64,000 nt of DNA from Eledone cirrhosa. Its lineage: Eukaryota. The DNA lies in assembly GCA_964016885.1 (NCBI GenBank), contig OZ024743.1, forward strand, positions 216,132,001 to 216,196,000, written 5' to 3'. The notes under the pieces were generated by a model. The model did not search any database and was not told the DNA's origin. It saw only the letters and a program-made list of their open reading frames with translations. Numbering within the stretch: the first letter of the stretch is position 1; each line of letters begins with the position of its first letter. Shown here piece by piece: positions 63,143 through 64,000 of this stretch. Both the position numbers and the translations under genes were made by a program.

Positions 63143-64000
63143 TAATAATAATAATAATAATAATAATAAGTAATGAATATCTGAGGCTGCAGGTAGTGGC
63201 TTGATATTCATTTCAACAAACTTTCCAGTTAACTAACATCAATGACTGAGACTCAAAGAGTAATAACAATAATAATAATATTTATAATAATAATAAGATG
63301 GACGAGAAGAAGACGCACGTGGTGGATAGAAGGTCATGAAATCGGTCCCGTAAGTTTTTGATTTTTAACATATTCAAAACAATTGTGATATTACAATTCT
63401 TAGTACAAATGATACATAAAGTACCAGACTCCACTCTCAGAAAATTCGGATCCATAATATCCTGTTATATCGCTCAAATATTCAATTTTGTATTATAAAT
63501 TTTATATTAAAAAAAAGAAAATGGTTATAAATTGAAGAAAAAAACCCCTCTGTCTACACTATATAGAACAGCCAAATGACAGCATTTTCACCAACATCAC
63601 AAATTAGATACACCACCTATCCCATCACCCCTCTGTGTATACAAGAGGGGTGATGGGATATATACACTAAATACAACAGCCAGATAACGGCAATTTCACC
63701 ACCACCACCACCAATCCCAGCATAATAATAATAATTACTATTATTATTGTCGCAAGTTTTCACAAAATGTTTAATTCCAATATTAAGAAAATATGTCAAC
63801 ACATATATTAAACATACGCGACAAACCGCAATGATACACAGATCAAACAAACTACAGTCAATTCAACAAAACTTAGTAACGACAGCGCCATCGCTATAGT
63901 CACCGCCGCGACCACTCCATCCATCATTGCTACCACTATCCCATCACCGCCCCCACCACTCCTTCATTGCAACCACCACTATTCCCCCATTACCTTCTGT
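63143..64000 (+). repeat. Near-identical direct copy of the 58072-58927 spacer
   Basis: Colinear sequence at an offset of ~5.07 kb; only a couple of substitutions seen by eye. Confidence 0.95.

Overview
AT-rich animal genomic DNA, probably from an octopod cephalopod. That assignment is inferred from a tRNA-headed SINE resembling the abundant Octopus SINE. No host protein-coding gene is supported. The window is a dense nest of retroelements sitting in microsatellites. It holds more than a dozen Penelope-like elements (PLEs) or PLE 3' ends, including one intact 773-aa RT+GIY-YIG element with near-identical ~1.2 kb pseudo-LTRs and a decayed inverted sister copy. It also holds RTE fragments, a full-length L1/Tx1 element inserted in (TAA)n, two tandem R4/Dong-like RLE elements, and SINEs. 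Top leads: (i) a ~490-500 nt non-coding hammerhead-bearing monomer present twice with different circular-permutation points (retrozyme/circRNA signature); (ii) diverged tandem repeats in PLE 3' regions with codon-like conservation on the antisense strand and also base-pairing potential; (iii) a series of canonical and variant hammerhead ribozymes; (iv) many fold-back structures; (v) PLE pLTRs that carry their own (TA)n landing pad. All alignments and folds were done by eye, so element boundaries are approximate.
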